Shown piece after piece: positions 38,122 to 51,250 of a stretch of DNA of 64,000 bases (position 1 is its first letter; each line of letters opens with the position of its first letter). The stretch comes from Octopus bimaculoides (taxonomy: Eukaryota): positions 14,301,818-14,365,817 of the forward strand of contig NC_068981.1 in NCBI RefSeq assembly GCF_001194135.2, in the 5' to 3' direction. The position numbers and the translations under genes are program-made. The notes under the pieces were generated by a model. That model did no database searches. It was not told where the DNA came from and was given only the letters and a program-made list of their open reading frames with translations.

Positions 38122-38125
38122 AGGA

Positions 38126-38205
<80 letters not shown>

Positions 38206-38212
38206 CATCATC
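38122..38212. repeat. (ATT)n(ATC)n microsatellite
   Basis: Directly visible. Confidence 0.95.
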
Positions 38213-39149
38213 ATTAATATACAACATATAGCGGTTATTAAAATGTATACCTGAAAATACTTAAGCAAGGCTATACATGGAACATAATCAAAAGGCTCAA
38301 AACCGTGATTCGGGGAAATGCAAGACAATAGCTTGAGAAGAATAACGTGTGCAGCGTAGAGTCGCTGCTTTTGAGTCATAGATGTTGTGGCAAGGTTTGA
38401 AACGCACGGTAATGCACACTTTATCCCTGGATGCGAAACGACGAGTAAGTTGGAAGCTGGTACGAATGCAACGAGCTTCGAAGGAGAAAGCCTATTCCAA
38501 TAATGGTAGGAAACATCAAAGATGAACGTTAAAAGAAGAAAAAAAATGCTTTTTCTTAAGTATTACTCCTAACATAAAGCTTGTCTTTACTGCAGGCCAT
38601 TTCGACACTAAATTTATAGAAGCAAGTTAAGTCAATTAACAATACATGGAAGTGATATATTAATTTTGCACAGCTACATTATGTCCAACTCATATGAGCA
38701 GTATAAAGGTGATTCCCGATTGGTAATAAAATAAAGAGAAAGAACAAGTGAAAGAAACATAATTCAAACCCTTTGGAATGGAATGTACATAAATTCATCA
38801 TAAATAAGACAAAAAAAAAAAGAAAAAAGAACCCACCTGAAATAGGAAGCGAATAACACCTAAATCATTCATTCTGGGAAATAAAAATAAGTATGAACAG
38901 GCACAGAAAACTATATGTTGCTACAAACGGATGAAATAAGAATCAACCACTCACAAAGCACATAAGCCTCTACGAAAGAAGGAAAACTCTAAGGAAATGA
39001 CCGTACAATCTACAAACAGCGAAAAGAATGAAATTACTGTAAAATCTATTCAGCATACCCAAGTAAACTCCCACTCACGCCCGCTAACACACATCCACTT
39101 ACACACACACTATGCTGCCATACTAGAACAGTGAAACAGAGATAAACGT

Positions 39150-40700
39150 CAAATGATGATTAATTTCACAGAAGTGCCAATGTATTCCCACTGAAAAGTC
39201 ATACCAAATACCAAAGAAGTGTATTAAAGGCATAATCTCAAAAAGGCAAAACCTCTAAAACACAACCATAAATGGAATATAAACTCTCAGCGCAACAAAT
39301 CATCAAAAGCCATGATTGATGAGAACCTACCAAATAATAACGAAAATAGAAACTTAAGGAAATCGACGAACAAGGATTAAGAGAGAACCCTACAAATACT
39401 CCTCGCGAATAGGGACTTTAATAAAATAATAGATAGACATAGCAAAGCCCCACAACAAATTATGTTCTCGGATTAAACTACGTAAATATGAGCTGGCTGA
39501 TTAATCTATTCGCTAAATTTGATAGTATGGAAGAAAATCAGTTTTCGATAGGATGACCAATCTCCTCAGAGACTGTATACTATATGCCATATAACATTAA
39601 TAGAAATGGATAAATAAAATTACCCGTACCGAGTGATACGAGCAGTATAATAAACAAACAGATTGGTGTCTTCTTAAAAATATAATGTAATTTTGAATCA
39701 AATACCGAACACTTTTCAGGATATAGAACACGTAGAGGAAAAAACAGTAACAGAGGAAGTATAGCACATCATATGTGGTATAGAATTCACGAACAGGAAA
39801 AAAAAATATCAAAACAACTCGAAAGTTCTGTCTGTGACAAAGTTTCCAATTTCGCGTGTATCTGAGACACAAAAATATGACAACATCTTTCAATGAAGTT
39901 ATTAACAGAATACAGTCAATACCCGAATCCTTATTGGAGAGAAAATAATATCGATTAAAATTAAACAAAAACATTGTCGACATGAAATCACAGTCCTATA
40001 ACTTACTTGCCAAGACATACGAAACAACTACGTTTGTATATAGCTACAGGTTGACAGCTCATCTGAAAAAAATTGTTATGATAGCAGAGGAGAATACAGA
40101 GTGGTGGAAAGGGATACAAGAGTGCAAAGAAATAGACAGGCAAATCAAACAATTATGAAATAGAGAAAAAAATGAGAAAATAAAACATTCTCCAGAATAC
40201 ACTATCAACTCAATAGTACAGCTTCCTCAGTAGATAATATTTACAACTCCATCCACACACAATCATCACTCAATACAATAATATAGCCACCACACATTAA
40301 AACAACACAGCACATGTCCTTACATAACTAATATCCGATTTATAACCCTTTTCATGCATCATCGTAATATCCCACATCATATACTGTGCACAATTCCAAG
40401 CCAATAACATTATCCATTCTATAGAGAAATCAGTTGCATTGTAAAATGTCACAAAACATACAACATGTACAAAACACAAACGTTGTACAACAAAATAAAG
40501 CAACTGACATAATGGAAATTCTCCGTAGCATTCAGAAGACAAAATCATCAAAACACAAAAGAAGTTAAGAATTCAGTGACCAACTTTTGTATTCCTAAAC
40601 ACAGTTGCACACACATCAGGAATATGCACTACTGCTGATGCTGAAGAAGCTCGTCTGGAAGTGGGTTTTACCATAAACCAAGTTTATGCCAATAACCTCT
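39150..40700 (+). mobile_element. Old Penelope-like element (RT thumb, linker, GIY-YIG, A/C-rich 3' region)
   Basis: Colinear frameshifted motifs: SHTKYQRSVLK, TLQILLANRDF (LxxNGYP), KLP-C-TEC-DEQY..QT (YKIPCxxCxxxYIGQT), TEHF..GSIAHHMW..H (EH..SAxAxH). Confidence 0.6.
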
Positions 40701-41079
40701 GGCAGCCGATGTTCTTCATCTATGAGCTATCAAAGACAGCGAGGCGAATGACTGAAACTAAACTTCTAACCGTGTCGCTTCCGCATCTCAGCATATTAAA
40801 ATTCTGCAGTCTTAAGTACGCGCAAATCATTCACTCAGAGAAGTACTGAAGCTCTTCAGGTGAAGACATAAACAAAACCCACCACACCTAGAGGAACTTA
40901 TCCGCCTTCCAAAAGGGGACTGAATTTAGTCAGTAACACGACATCTGCAAGAGACTATTTGAACTGTAAAGGATAACTTCGTGCTTCGTGCAGATTTCAA
41001 ACAAAATCCTTCTAATCTGCAGCCGATAGTTTTCAGCCCATATGAAGAGTATTTTACCAACTATTGTTTTCTTCTTTTC

Positions 41080-41565
41080 TTCTTTTCTTCTTTTATTTTT
41101 TTCACTCATTTGACTGGAGCACCGCTTTAAATCGAACAAATCGACCCCAAGACTTATTCTTTGTAAGACTAGTACTCATTCTAAGCATCGTTTGTCAAGC
41201 GATAGTGAGAGGACAAATACAGACGCAAATACATTCACGCACATACACACGTATATATATATATANNNNNNNNNNNNNNNNNNNNNNNNNNNNNNNNNNN
41301 NNNNNNNNNNNNNNNNNNNNNNNNNNNNNNNNNNNNNNNNNNNNNNNNNNNNNNNNNNNNNNNNNNNNNNNNNNNNNNNNNNNNNNNNNNNATATATATA
41401 CGACGGGCTTCTTTCAGTTTCAGTCTACCAAATCTCCTCTCAAGGCTTTGGACGGCCCGAGGCTAAAGTAGAAGGTACTAGCCCAAGGTGCCACGCAGTG
41501 GGACTGAACCCGGAAGCATGTGGTTGGTAAGCAAACTACTTACCACACAGCCAGTTCAGCACCTG
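41080..41565 (-). mobile_element. Full-length tRNA-derived SINE (family B) with a central (TA)/(TG) microsatellite containing an assembly gap
   Basis: Head at 41392-41565 has A box tggctgtgtggtaag, B box ggttcagtccc and CORE-like ggcaccttgggc. The 3' half at 41080-41260 matches 43635-43845 in reverse. Confidence 0.85.
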
Positions 41566-41739
41566 TGCTGAAAATTCCTTTCCTACTATATCCAAATCAA
41601 TGAATCTGTGAAAAGTTGCCTACAAAGAGGAAGCCTCATTTTGCAGATAATTCTACACGGGAAATACATGCCAGTCTGCCTCATAATTTGCCCAGTTCCA
41701 TTCTCCCATGTCCACTACAGTCTATACACACGACTCAAA

Positions 41740-42060
41740 GTGTTAGCGCCGCTGTCCCTGATAGTATGGCTTCCATTCACTATTAGAAATTACATCATAG
41801 ATATGAGCCATACACTTAGGAAAACTCTTCAATTTTTGCATCCGTATCTTGGAACGATACACCGATCTTTGGATAAACATTAAAGTATGAAAGATTGCAC
41901 AAAAATGTAACCTCTTCGACGCTGTCAACTATCACACTCACTTCCAATATCTCTTAGATAATGAAGACACACATTAATTGCAAATCCGTGTGTCACACTA
42001 TTTCTTTAACGACCACCGACATGGTTTCCGTAAAGTCACAGACACTGGTAATTTTCCCTC
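41740..42060 (+). mobile_element. Highly decayed LINE RT fragment (CR1/L2/Jockey group)
   Basis: AAVPDSM (KAxGPDxI), HLGKLFN, a degenerate YRPISL-like block and FNDHRHGFRK (QHGFRK), in order. Confidence 0.5.
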
Positions 42061-42736
42061 TCATTCATTACGACTATTTTCAAGAAATTTTGTGTAAACG
42101 TTGTTCTCGATTTAGATATCAGAAGTGCTCTTTGCTGTGCTGAGCATGCAGATCTCCTGTAGAGACTAACCTTTGTGCTCTCCACACATCTCTAATATCG
42201 TAAATCAGTAGCTTCCTGTCACATCGCAATATTGCTGCGAATATTGCTCTTATTCTATCAACTCATGTGTGCCCAAGGCTTCGGTTTTGTATTGAAATTC
42301 TTTCTTTAGAACATGTTCCCATCCGCCACCGTTGCCGGTTTTCACTTTCATCACACAGAGGATGATAAAGAAAGTACCAGTCAGTTACTAGTCAGATAAA
42401 AGAGGTTGCAGTTGGTATCAACTAGTAGCTCCCATCAGCATTTTCTGGTTTTATGACTAAACCATTTGTCTTTATTTAGAAGAATCGTTAAAGATGAGTG
42501 TAAAATGCCTTTGATATTTCTCCAAGTTCTTTACTTTCTTAATTCAAATAACGGAGAAGTCAACTTTGTCTTTCATACTTCTTGAGTCGATAAAATAAAG
42601 TACCAGTGAAAGAGTTAAGCCAATAATATTGATTAATCTCTAGTTTCTAAAGTTGGCCTTGTGCCTATGATAGAAACTACTACTACTATTATTATTATTA
42701 TAATAATAATTATTATTATTATTATTATAATAATGC

Positions 42737-42930
42737 AGGTGGCAAGCAGGCAGAATCATTAGCACGCCGGGCAAAATGCTTAGTGGTATTTCATCAGTGT
42801 TCACGTTTTGAGTTCAAATTCCGCCGAGGTCCACTTTGACTTTCATGCTTTTAGGGTTGATAAGTTACCATTTGAACAATCGACTCATCCCATCTCCAAA
42901 ATTGCTACCCTTGTGGCAAAATTTGAGACT
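42737..42930 (+). mobile_element. SINE (family A) with internal deletion and (ATT)n tail
   Basis: aggtggcaagcaggcagaatcattagcacgccgggcaaaatgcttag...gagttcaaattccgccgaggtc...ttgtggcaaaatttgagactattatt. Confidence 0.88.
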
Positions 42931-43605
42931 ATTATTAATATTATAGTAGTATTGGTTGTAGTGTTGTTGGTGGTGGTAGTAGTAGACATGAGATTGGTGG
43001 AGGAAGGTACCTCGGTGATTCTAGTGTCATTTTTATAAACTATTGTTTATATTTCTGCTTTTTTGTTTTTGTTAAAACTAGAAACACTGTCGAAGTTCCT
43101 ACAGAAAGTTTTACTGTTATTTTTAATACTAATACTAACAGCCTTCGATACTATTGTAGTTGCTGCTACTGCTAGTTGCATTACAATTTATAATATGCTA
43201 TTCTGGTTACCGTTGCTGCTACTGCTTTTGTTTGTACTACTGAGTTGAATCTATGGTGTATAGAACGTCAGCTACTATTAGCGTCTAATGTAAGCGAAGA
43301 CATTTTTTTTTTCATACATATGGACGGAAGCGGAAATATTCCGGCTGTAAGAAGAATACTCCGCACGTTCTCTAGGTGCGATTGTAAATTTTAAGACACA
43401 TTTCATAAGTTATAATATAACGTAGGAAGTACTAAAACAGGCCCCTTATTCTTTAATATTCGAAACACCATCCAATTTTACCGCCACAAATAGACATAAT
43501 ACAGATAATATGTAGAAGCCTCCACCCACGAAAGAAAAAAAAATATTAATGGATACGTGTCCCTGTGTATGTATATATGCGAATATAACGGGGCATACCT
43601 ATATA

Positions 43606-43634
<29 letters not shown>

Positions 43635-43649
<15 letters not shown>

Positions 43650-43845
43650 CCTGCGTGGGTCTTTGTGTCTGTGTTTGTCCCCACACCGTCACTTGACAAC
43701 CGATGTTCGTGTGTTTACGTCACCGTAACATAAGTACTAGACTTACAAAGAATAATTCCTGGGTCGATTTCTTCCACGAAAAACATTTGAGGCTGTGCTC
43801 CATCGTCGCCGCAATCAAAAGACTAAAATATGTAAAAAAAATAAA
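43635..43845 (+). mobile_element. 3' half of SINE family B following (TG)n
   Basis: tgtttgtcccc..cttgacaaccgatg..aagtactagacttacaaagaataa..gggtcgattt..gtgctcc matches the reverse complement of 41080-41260. Confidence 0.8.
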
Positions 43846-44235
43846 ACTGTGTGTGTTTATGTATACATACATATACATATATNNNNNNNNNNNNNNNNNN
43901 NNNNNNATATATATAAACGTATGCATGCATACTCATACGTATATATGTGTTGTTTGTGTGTGCGTGTAATATATATTTATATATATAAAATATTCAAGTA
44001 TGAGTGAATAGTTTTTTTCGTAAATTTAGATGTATGCAAATGTTATCTTGCGAACAGGGGTCGCTTAAGTGTTAATAATATATCAAATGTGATATTTACA
44101 CTTGCAGTAGGTGATGGCCAAATATTTAACTTTTATTGAAACTCAGTCTTCTGAGCATCCACAAATTCGTGGCAGGTTAATTATCACAAATATCTTTAAC
44201 GTTGTGAAATAAAAACAATATTGTAAAGATAAATT

Positions 44236-44668
44236 AAGTCGATGGAATTTGAACTCAAAACGTAAAGACAATCGAATTAAAACAGATAAGCATTCTTTTC
44301 TACGCTAGGCGCAAGGCCCGAAATTTGGGGGGATGGGTCCAGTCGATTTGATCAACCCCAGTGCGCAACTAGTTCTTAATTTATCGACTCCGAAAGGATG
44401 AAAGGCAAAGTTAACATCGGCCTAATTTGTAGTCAGAACGTGAAGACAGACGAAGTACCAGTAAGTATTTCGCCTGGCGTGCTAAAGTTTCTCCTAGTTC
44501 AACGTTTTAAAAATATGAAATATAAAGTCCACATCGGGGGCATTTGAACTCAGAACGTAAAGACGGATGAAATGCCGTTAAGTATTCTGCACGGCGTGCA
44601 AACATTTCCGCCAGCGCGCCGCCCAAATACAATGTAAGCACTATTTTCTACTCTAGGCACAAGACCCT
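44236..44668 (-). mobile_element. Head-to-tail cluster of four family-A SINE pieces (44236-44292, 44293-44505 full length, 44524-44623, 44644-44668)
   Basis: The block gaatttgaactca(g/a)aacgtaaagac recurs, and so does the end motif ttttctac(g/t)ctaggc(g/a)caag. Confidence 0.88.
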
Positions 44669-45016
44669 CAAAGAAGTAAAAATAATAATTGATAAATGGA
44701 TTTTTTTCAGGGTTCTGAACACACGCGTGTAATATACAGCAAACTTAGTTCACGTTCTGAATTACATTTTTAAAAACCATGAATTTTTCAAGTACGGAAG
44801 GGTACGAGAAATACTACCTCACTGAGTAGAAAAAATATAAATAATCGTGATCTTGCCTATATTTGTAGGTTTGCAACGGCATCAGCAGAGAAGCAGCAGC
44901 GATTATGTTATTACATTCCATTGACAATATGTGAAAAAAATCAACATTGATTTTAATATTTCTTCAGTCGATGAAATAAATGTAAGGTCTTAGAGATATC
45001 ATTGGCCACAGAAGAG

Positions 45017-45017
<1 letters not shown>

Positions 45018-45068
<51 letters not shown>

Positions 45069-45101
45069 GTACTACTACTACTACTACTACTACTTCTTCT
45101 T

Positions 45102-45155
<54 letters not shown>

Positions 45156-45180
45156 TTAGTAGTAGTCGTAGTAGTAGTTG
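45018..45180. repeat. (ACT)n microsatellite with a terminal inverted (AGT)n segment
   Basis: Directly visible. The orientation switches at about 45156. Confidence 0.95.
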
Positions 45181-46596
45181 TTAGTGTTTAATGCACACGG
45201 AAAATATAAAATATTGAGAGGAATATCACTGTTTTTGTCAGTTGAAATATGTCTGTTATTCACTCAGCTGCGAATGAGAAAAGTGTGAAGCGACAGTAAT
45301 AGCGACAATGGTGGCAAATGTAGAATTGAAAGCGGCAGCAACAGCAACACTGAATGCTATAGCAGTTGGAGACTGGTAATAGCAACAAGCGAAAGAGAAT
45401 CCTACAATGATGTTGCGCACACACACATATATGTTTGTATGTGTGTACATGCATGTATGTGTGCATATATGTATGTGTATATGTATATGTATGTCTGTAT
45501 GTTAGCATTTATGTAGCTAGATATACATTAGGTATATTAACCTTATATATACGTGTGTATTTGTGTTAATAAACGCACACTCAATTACTACTAAACATAT
45601 GACAAAGGACAGGAGTTACGTAATCAGTTTTGTTTATAAGTACTGGGGCTAAAAGTGTTTCAATCATTGAAATAACTCTGATGAAGCTACAAGTGCAACA
45701 CTAGCAACCACCCTAGGTGCACGATGCGTTATAGTCACAACAGCTGTAAGCTATTAAAGATGATAAAGTGACTCATTGTCATTTATTTATCAATTAATTT
45801 TAACGTTTGTATTCATTTGCGAGTCTGCATATAAGTCCGTAACGGAGGTCATCAAACAAGTCACACACTCTCGCCGTTGAACCTTTCTACTCTCTTGAGT
45901 ATAATGAATTGTTCAAAAAATGATTATTGATGGCATATTGGCGAAGTGGTATAGTTGCGAAAGAAATTAACCCACTATTCCCAAACTCTTCAGCTTTTGA
46001 GCATGTCTTTCATACATTAGTTACCATGCTCCATCCAGCTAAGTCTCGTTGGCTCTAATATATATATATATACTTTAGAAAACATTTAACACTCTGTTTG
46101 TTATCTCATCCTTTTATCTTTCTATCATTTTGTTTTTTGTTACTTGATCCAGTAAATTTCTTCATTCTGCAAATTGTCAAATGCTTAGCAAATTTTGTAA
46201 ATGAAATATTGCCAATTTCTAGGAGCATATAAAATAATGCAAATTGAGGTTAAAATTTGTAATGCAAACTGTTTACCTTTATTTGATTCAAACATTTAAA
46301 GGTAATAAATTCAGTCATCATTTGCAATAAAGAATAATAGATATCAACAATAATTTCAAGATAAATCAGTTAATATTTGTAGAGAAAAAAAGTATTTTTT
46401 GCCGAAAGGAACATTTTACTATTTGCTTTGGAAGTTGATTTTTCTAAATAAAAAGTTTGCATAAATTTTCTCGTAGAAAATTCGTAAATTTGTATAAGAA
46501 AGAAAAAGTTAATACAAATTCAGAATAAATTTTTAGCGCTAATAATTTGCAAATGTGCAAAAAGATAAAGATGATATATGATAAAATATTGTGTAG

Positions 46597-46633
46597 AATA
46601 TCGTTCGTTTGGCCTTACTACCAGTCGCGTCTG
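46597..46633 (+). other. Candidate short exon or first exon with strong donor CTG|gtaagt
   Basis: The donor is consensus, but the acceptor (aaaatattgtgtag) lacks a pyrimidine tract. All three frames are open. Confidence 0.2.
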
Positions 46634-46954
46634 GTAAGTAAATGTTTATCGCTCAAAAAGTGAAGTGGAAACTATTTTCATACGGCAAAAAAGTGAATCT
46701 GTTTTGCCAGAAAATTAAATTATTGAGGAACAAAGGTTTTCCCAGCAATGAAATTACGTAGGAGAGACGTTATTCAAAAATAAATAGAGGACAGTTGATC
46801 TGCTCCTTAGATATTATAATATCATCTTACGTGACGAAATCCTGTTGAATCGCTCAAAAGTGAAACTAAAAGACTAAGTGACTAAATAAACGAGACACTG
46901 ATGCTAATTGCACACAGTTACATTCTTATATGATATATGAATGTTTATAGCAGA

Positions 46955-47134
46955 GGGGTGTGGCTTAGTGGTTAGGGTGCTGGATTCTTGATCGTAAGAT
47001 TGTAGTTTCGAATCCTGGACAATGCAAGGCGTTGTGTTCTGAGCAAAACACTTCACTTTCACGTTGCTCCACACCACTCAGTTAGCAAAAATGAATTAAC
47101 ATGCGATGGATCCGCGTCGCGTCCAAGTGGAGAC
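46955..47134 (+). mobile_element. tRNA-derived SINE (family C), 5' part with CORE-like and Meta/V-like segments
   Basis: A box tggcttagtgg, B box gtttcgaatcc, then gttgtgttctgagcaaaacactt and gcgatggatccgcgtcgcgtcca. Confidence 0.75.
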
Positions 47135-47142
47135 TATAAGAA

Positions 47143-47355
47143 AAGGCGGCGATCTAGCAGAAACGTGAGTACGCCGGACGAAGTGCTAAGCGGTATCTCG
47201 TCAGCCTTTAGGTTCTAAGTTCAAATTCCGTCGAGGTCAACTTTGCAGTTCATTCTTTCGGAATCGATAAATTAAGTATCATTTTGCGTACTGAGGTCAA
47301 TATAGTCGACTGGACCCCTTCCCAAATATTTCGGGCCTTGTGCCTAGAGTAGAAA
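47143..47355 (+). mobile_element. Full-length SINE (family A)
   Basis: aaggcggcgatctagcagaaacg...gttcaaattccg...gataaattaagta...ttcgggccttgtgcctagagtagaaa. Confidence 0.9.
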
Positions 47356-48181
47356 CGGATATATGAATATTTATGGCTTTCTTAATGATGAACTTGAAAT
47401 TATTGTTGAATTATGTCTGGACTGTATATTTCTCATAATAAATAAAAATCAAATTAAATTTTAATATACGAATAAAGACTGTCAATCAGAATAATATTAC
47501 AAACAATAATGAAATCTAAGAGTGCCATGACACATTATATTGTCTTCGGAAACGAGTTTAGAATGACCCAAATGAAATTATGAATACCACTGCAGAAGAG
47601 CCAACATGGCAGAAAATAACACCAACTGTATTATGACTATTAATAATAATCCTCTCAACAAGAAATTTATTGAAAAGTGTGAGCAATTGCTGTTTTCTAA
47701 TGCAGCTAAAGTGTGTCTTGCACAATACAATTTTAGCTCTAAACGCTCAGTCTCTTAGCTTACTTGGGATGTTTCTCGTGACTAAATCGATAAACAAATA
47801 ATATAACTTATATTTTAATAATACAGTCACAGATAATATAAACTATATATACATAGTTAGGAAAATATAAATTATAATGTTAAGTTAAACAGGTAAAGAC
47901 TTTTCATGCTGCACTGTATGGCTGGGATGAATTCCATTGTCAAAATGGGGGAAGCTAGGTGTTATTAGCCAACGCTGTGAAACGATAACAAATTGGCTAC
48001 ACCTAAGCAGTGATAATTGTAACCACGCACCGCTTTTTTTCTGTGAGACAAAGTTGTTCAATTGGATTCTGGAAGCTATGATTGCCTGTTTAGTTTATGC
48101 ACTTTGTGATGTGTGTTAGGTATTTAGGGATTTACTTTATGGTAGTAATCTTTATTTCGGAATCTATATTTTTTGAAAATC

Positions 48182-48311
48182 AAATTTGTAAAGGCCAGTT
48201 TTTGTGTGAGGCAAATTTTGGTGAAACCAAAATTTGTGAATCTAGAGTTACGGATCCAAGTTTGTGAAAGCAAGTTGTTGAAGGCGGGATTCTGAGTCCG
48301 AATTTCTGAAC
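48182..48311. repeat. Degenerate minisatellite of about 15 bp (consensus close to aaatttgtgaaagcc, about 9 units)
   Basis: Units aaatttgtaaaggcc, aaattttggtgaaacc, aaaatttgtgaatct, aagtttgtgaaagc, aagttgttgaaggc and others. Confidence 0.65.
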
Positions 48312-50256
48312 TGTATATATATATGTTAGCTCTGTGTTAATAATATTTTACAAAAAAATTCATGGTGTGTTTTTTGGGCTCACCCTATCCTTGTTGATTC
48401 TGTAAATCCGGGTCATGGCCATCAGGTCGTAACAACATGCCCTGGGTGGGTATTGAAAATAGGACACAAAGAAACACAAAACTTCTACCAACCTAACCCT
48501 TGCAAAGAGAATAATAATTCACATTGGGTTATTGTCATTCAATTCGTTGGAATGAGCTTACATAAAACTGCAGCTTTCTAAAAAAATTGTAGAATGCAGA
48601 AAAACTTTAGGGAAGTTAGTAATCGTTCAGATCTCCATAATTCTAAGCGCAAAATATCCCTGTTGGGAGGTAAAACAAGTTGCTCTTGGCTGACGCTTGA
48701 ACTGAATATATTACAATATATGAAGTAATTTTACAACCTATTCATACTCAAATTCTTCTGCCATAAGAATAATTAACATTGAAGCGCGGATTGATAAATG
48801 TGAAAATAAATAAAACTTTCTAAAGAATTATTATGCAATCATTGATACTAATAGTGAAGCCAAACTTCTTCAGTTTGCGATATGTTTTCAGTATCACGAT
48901 GTATCGTATTTCCCCATTTCTCTCTTTCTGTAGTTCTTCATGACAACAGAGATCTTGTTCATTGCCGCTATAAATGTACCTGGCAGTTTTGTGTTATATT
49001 AGACAAAACCTATTTTGAATAAATGGAGAAAGAATAATGGGATAAAAATGTTAGGTTAGGTTAAAGCGGCGAAATATGTGGTAATTTGCAGGAAAGCTGT
49101 TACGATATTAGGAAATTAACAGCATGCTGTTTTGTTAAGAGAAAAACAAAATCGTCTTATATAGGATTGTAAAATGAACTACCTTAAAGAAATAACACGC
49201 CCTTTATTCTGATTACTTTTCAATGTAAAATTTTGTTATCCTGTTCGTCTTGAAATCAACATTTTCTTTATATTGATTTAAATGTCATTATGCCTGACCT
49301 AGCTGTGACCTAACAATTAGATATTTCAAATCCGTGCTGTAGATTAGCGGGGCGTTTTATTTAATCAATATGTTGGGCTACGAATCAATTAAGCTTTTTT
49401 GAAGTACCATATTCAGCATCTTCATTCGGTGTCCTGAAGACATTAAATAAGGTTAAAGATCAAGTTAGATATTTTATTTCCTGATGAACAGTATTTCACA
49501 AATCTGAATCTTAATTTAACATTGGACCTTCCTTTCCATCTGAATGAAATTCAATTACTATATAACCATGGTAAAAATAAAATACATAATATAGAGGTAT
49601 TACGAATATTATATGTAATTTTTGGCTGTATTACATTTGCATATGTAAGTCATTCTGCTTTTATATAAATGTAAACATTTGTATAAACACATTCACCCGC
49701 AAAGAAAATAAGAAACCTAAATCTAAAAATCTATCTATCGATCTATCCAACCATAATGATCAGTTATGCTTCCTGTCAGAAAGATAATGCAAAATGCAGG
49801 GAAGTTTAATGCCTCATATATATATATATATGGACGAAGAATTCTTTGCGCGATTGTTACCTGTTACAATATCTATGAGTGGTGAAAGCTGTTGGCAGAA
49901 AGACATGTGCAGTTCGCGATACTGAGCAAATATACCATATTCAACAGCCTTACAATAAGAATACGTGGACACGAACGACATCATATTTGTTCGTAAAAGT
50001 CGAAGATTGAGAACGTTTCACAACAATTCCCCGACAAGTTATTTCGCTGTTGTGTTCTGTAGCTATTTACATCGAATACACTTCACTGCAAGTTGTTAGG
50101 AATTCGTATCTATTGGTTGTTAGGGATTTGAACATGAGTGGCAAAATATTTAATGAGTCGGAAATTATTAAGACTGAATAAAATTTACCGTGAAACTTGT
50201 TCTCGTCCTCTACAAAGGAACCTCCAATTAACACGATATTGACACACAAAATACAT

Positions 50257-50308
<52 letters not shown>

Positions 50309-50612
50309 NNNNNNNNNNTATATATTTACATATATATATATATATATATATATATACGCTCACATATATACATTAATGCATATGCATACTTATATATTTA
50401 CATATATACTCACGTATATAAATAGGTAGTTTGTGTCTGTCTGTTTATGAATATGTTATTTTTGCTTATGCATAAATGTCTATACTTGTGTGTGTCAAAG
50501 ATGAACTTATATTCGCATTATTATAGCCTTTCCAACCTTTCTTGATGATATCTGACTGCCCTATCCCAAACCATACACGCTTTGAATAGACCGTGATATA
50601 AATTTACACATA

Positions 50613-50865
50613 TTCTTTTCTATTCTAGGAACAAAACCCGAAAGTTTGGGGAGAAGGAAGCCATTCGATCAGATCAACCCCAGTACGCCACTGGTTCTTG
50701 ATTTATCGACTCCAAAAACATGACTGGCAAAGTCGACTCCATCGGTATTTAAACTCAGAACGTATGAAAGGTAATGTTGACTTCAGCGGATTTCGAACTC
50801 AGAACGTAAAGACAGCATTTGACCCGGCGTGCAATCGTTTCTGCCAGCTCGCCGCCGCCTTGAAT
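50613..50865 (-). mobile_element. SINE (family A) with a duplicated B-box region and a deletion of about 15 bp
   Basis: aactcagaacgta occurs twice. Reverse complement of the head is attcaaggcggcggcgagctggcagaaacg..gggtcaaatgctgtctttacg. Confidence 0.88.
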
Positions 50866-51250
50866 AACAACATTAATAACAACATAAAGCGTAGTCTCTC
50901 GCTTGGATTCGCGACCCCTGGATCACACTTCGAAGGCTACGAATTTGTAATCCAAAAGTAAGAGTTTGCTACAAAAACAACAAATGAATAAAAGGGACAG
51001 TGAAAGCCGAACATACAACAGAAAATTTCAATTATTCCACATTTCTGTGGAAGCCATCACACCTGTGATAAGCAGATTCCCAAAATATTTAACATAACAT
51101 TGTCACGTAAACAATATATAGTCTACCTCCAAAAGGGTGTCCTGGGATACAGAGAATCCCTCTGCAGTTAAATTCATCCATAATGAACACCAAGACAACT
51201 GGTAGTTATTCCCATGAAAACTTCTATTAAGTGCAAATATTAGATGCCAT

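Noticed and set aside
44236-44668. Repeated SINE blocks or the 15-bp array at 48182 as a CRISPR-like array
   Set aside because: The context is eukaryotic, the repeats are diverged TE pieces without regular unique spacers, and there are no cas genes.
48934-49022. Strong acceptor followed by a Cys-containing frame (LLHDNRDLVHCRYKCTWQFC...) that is phase-compatible with the signal exon
   Set aside because: It has only 28 codons, no homology I recognise, and several other acceptors fit equally well.
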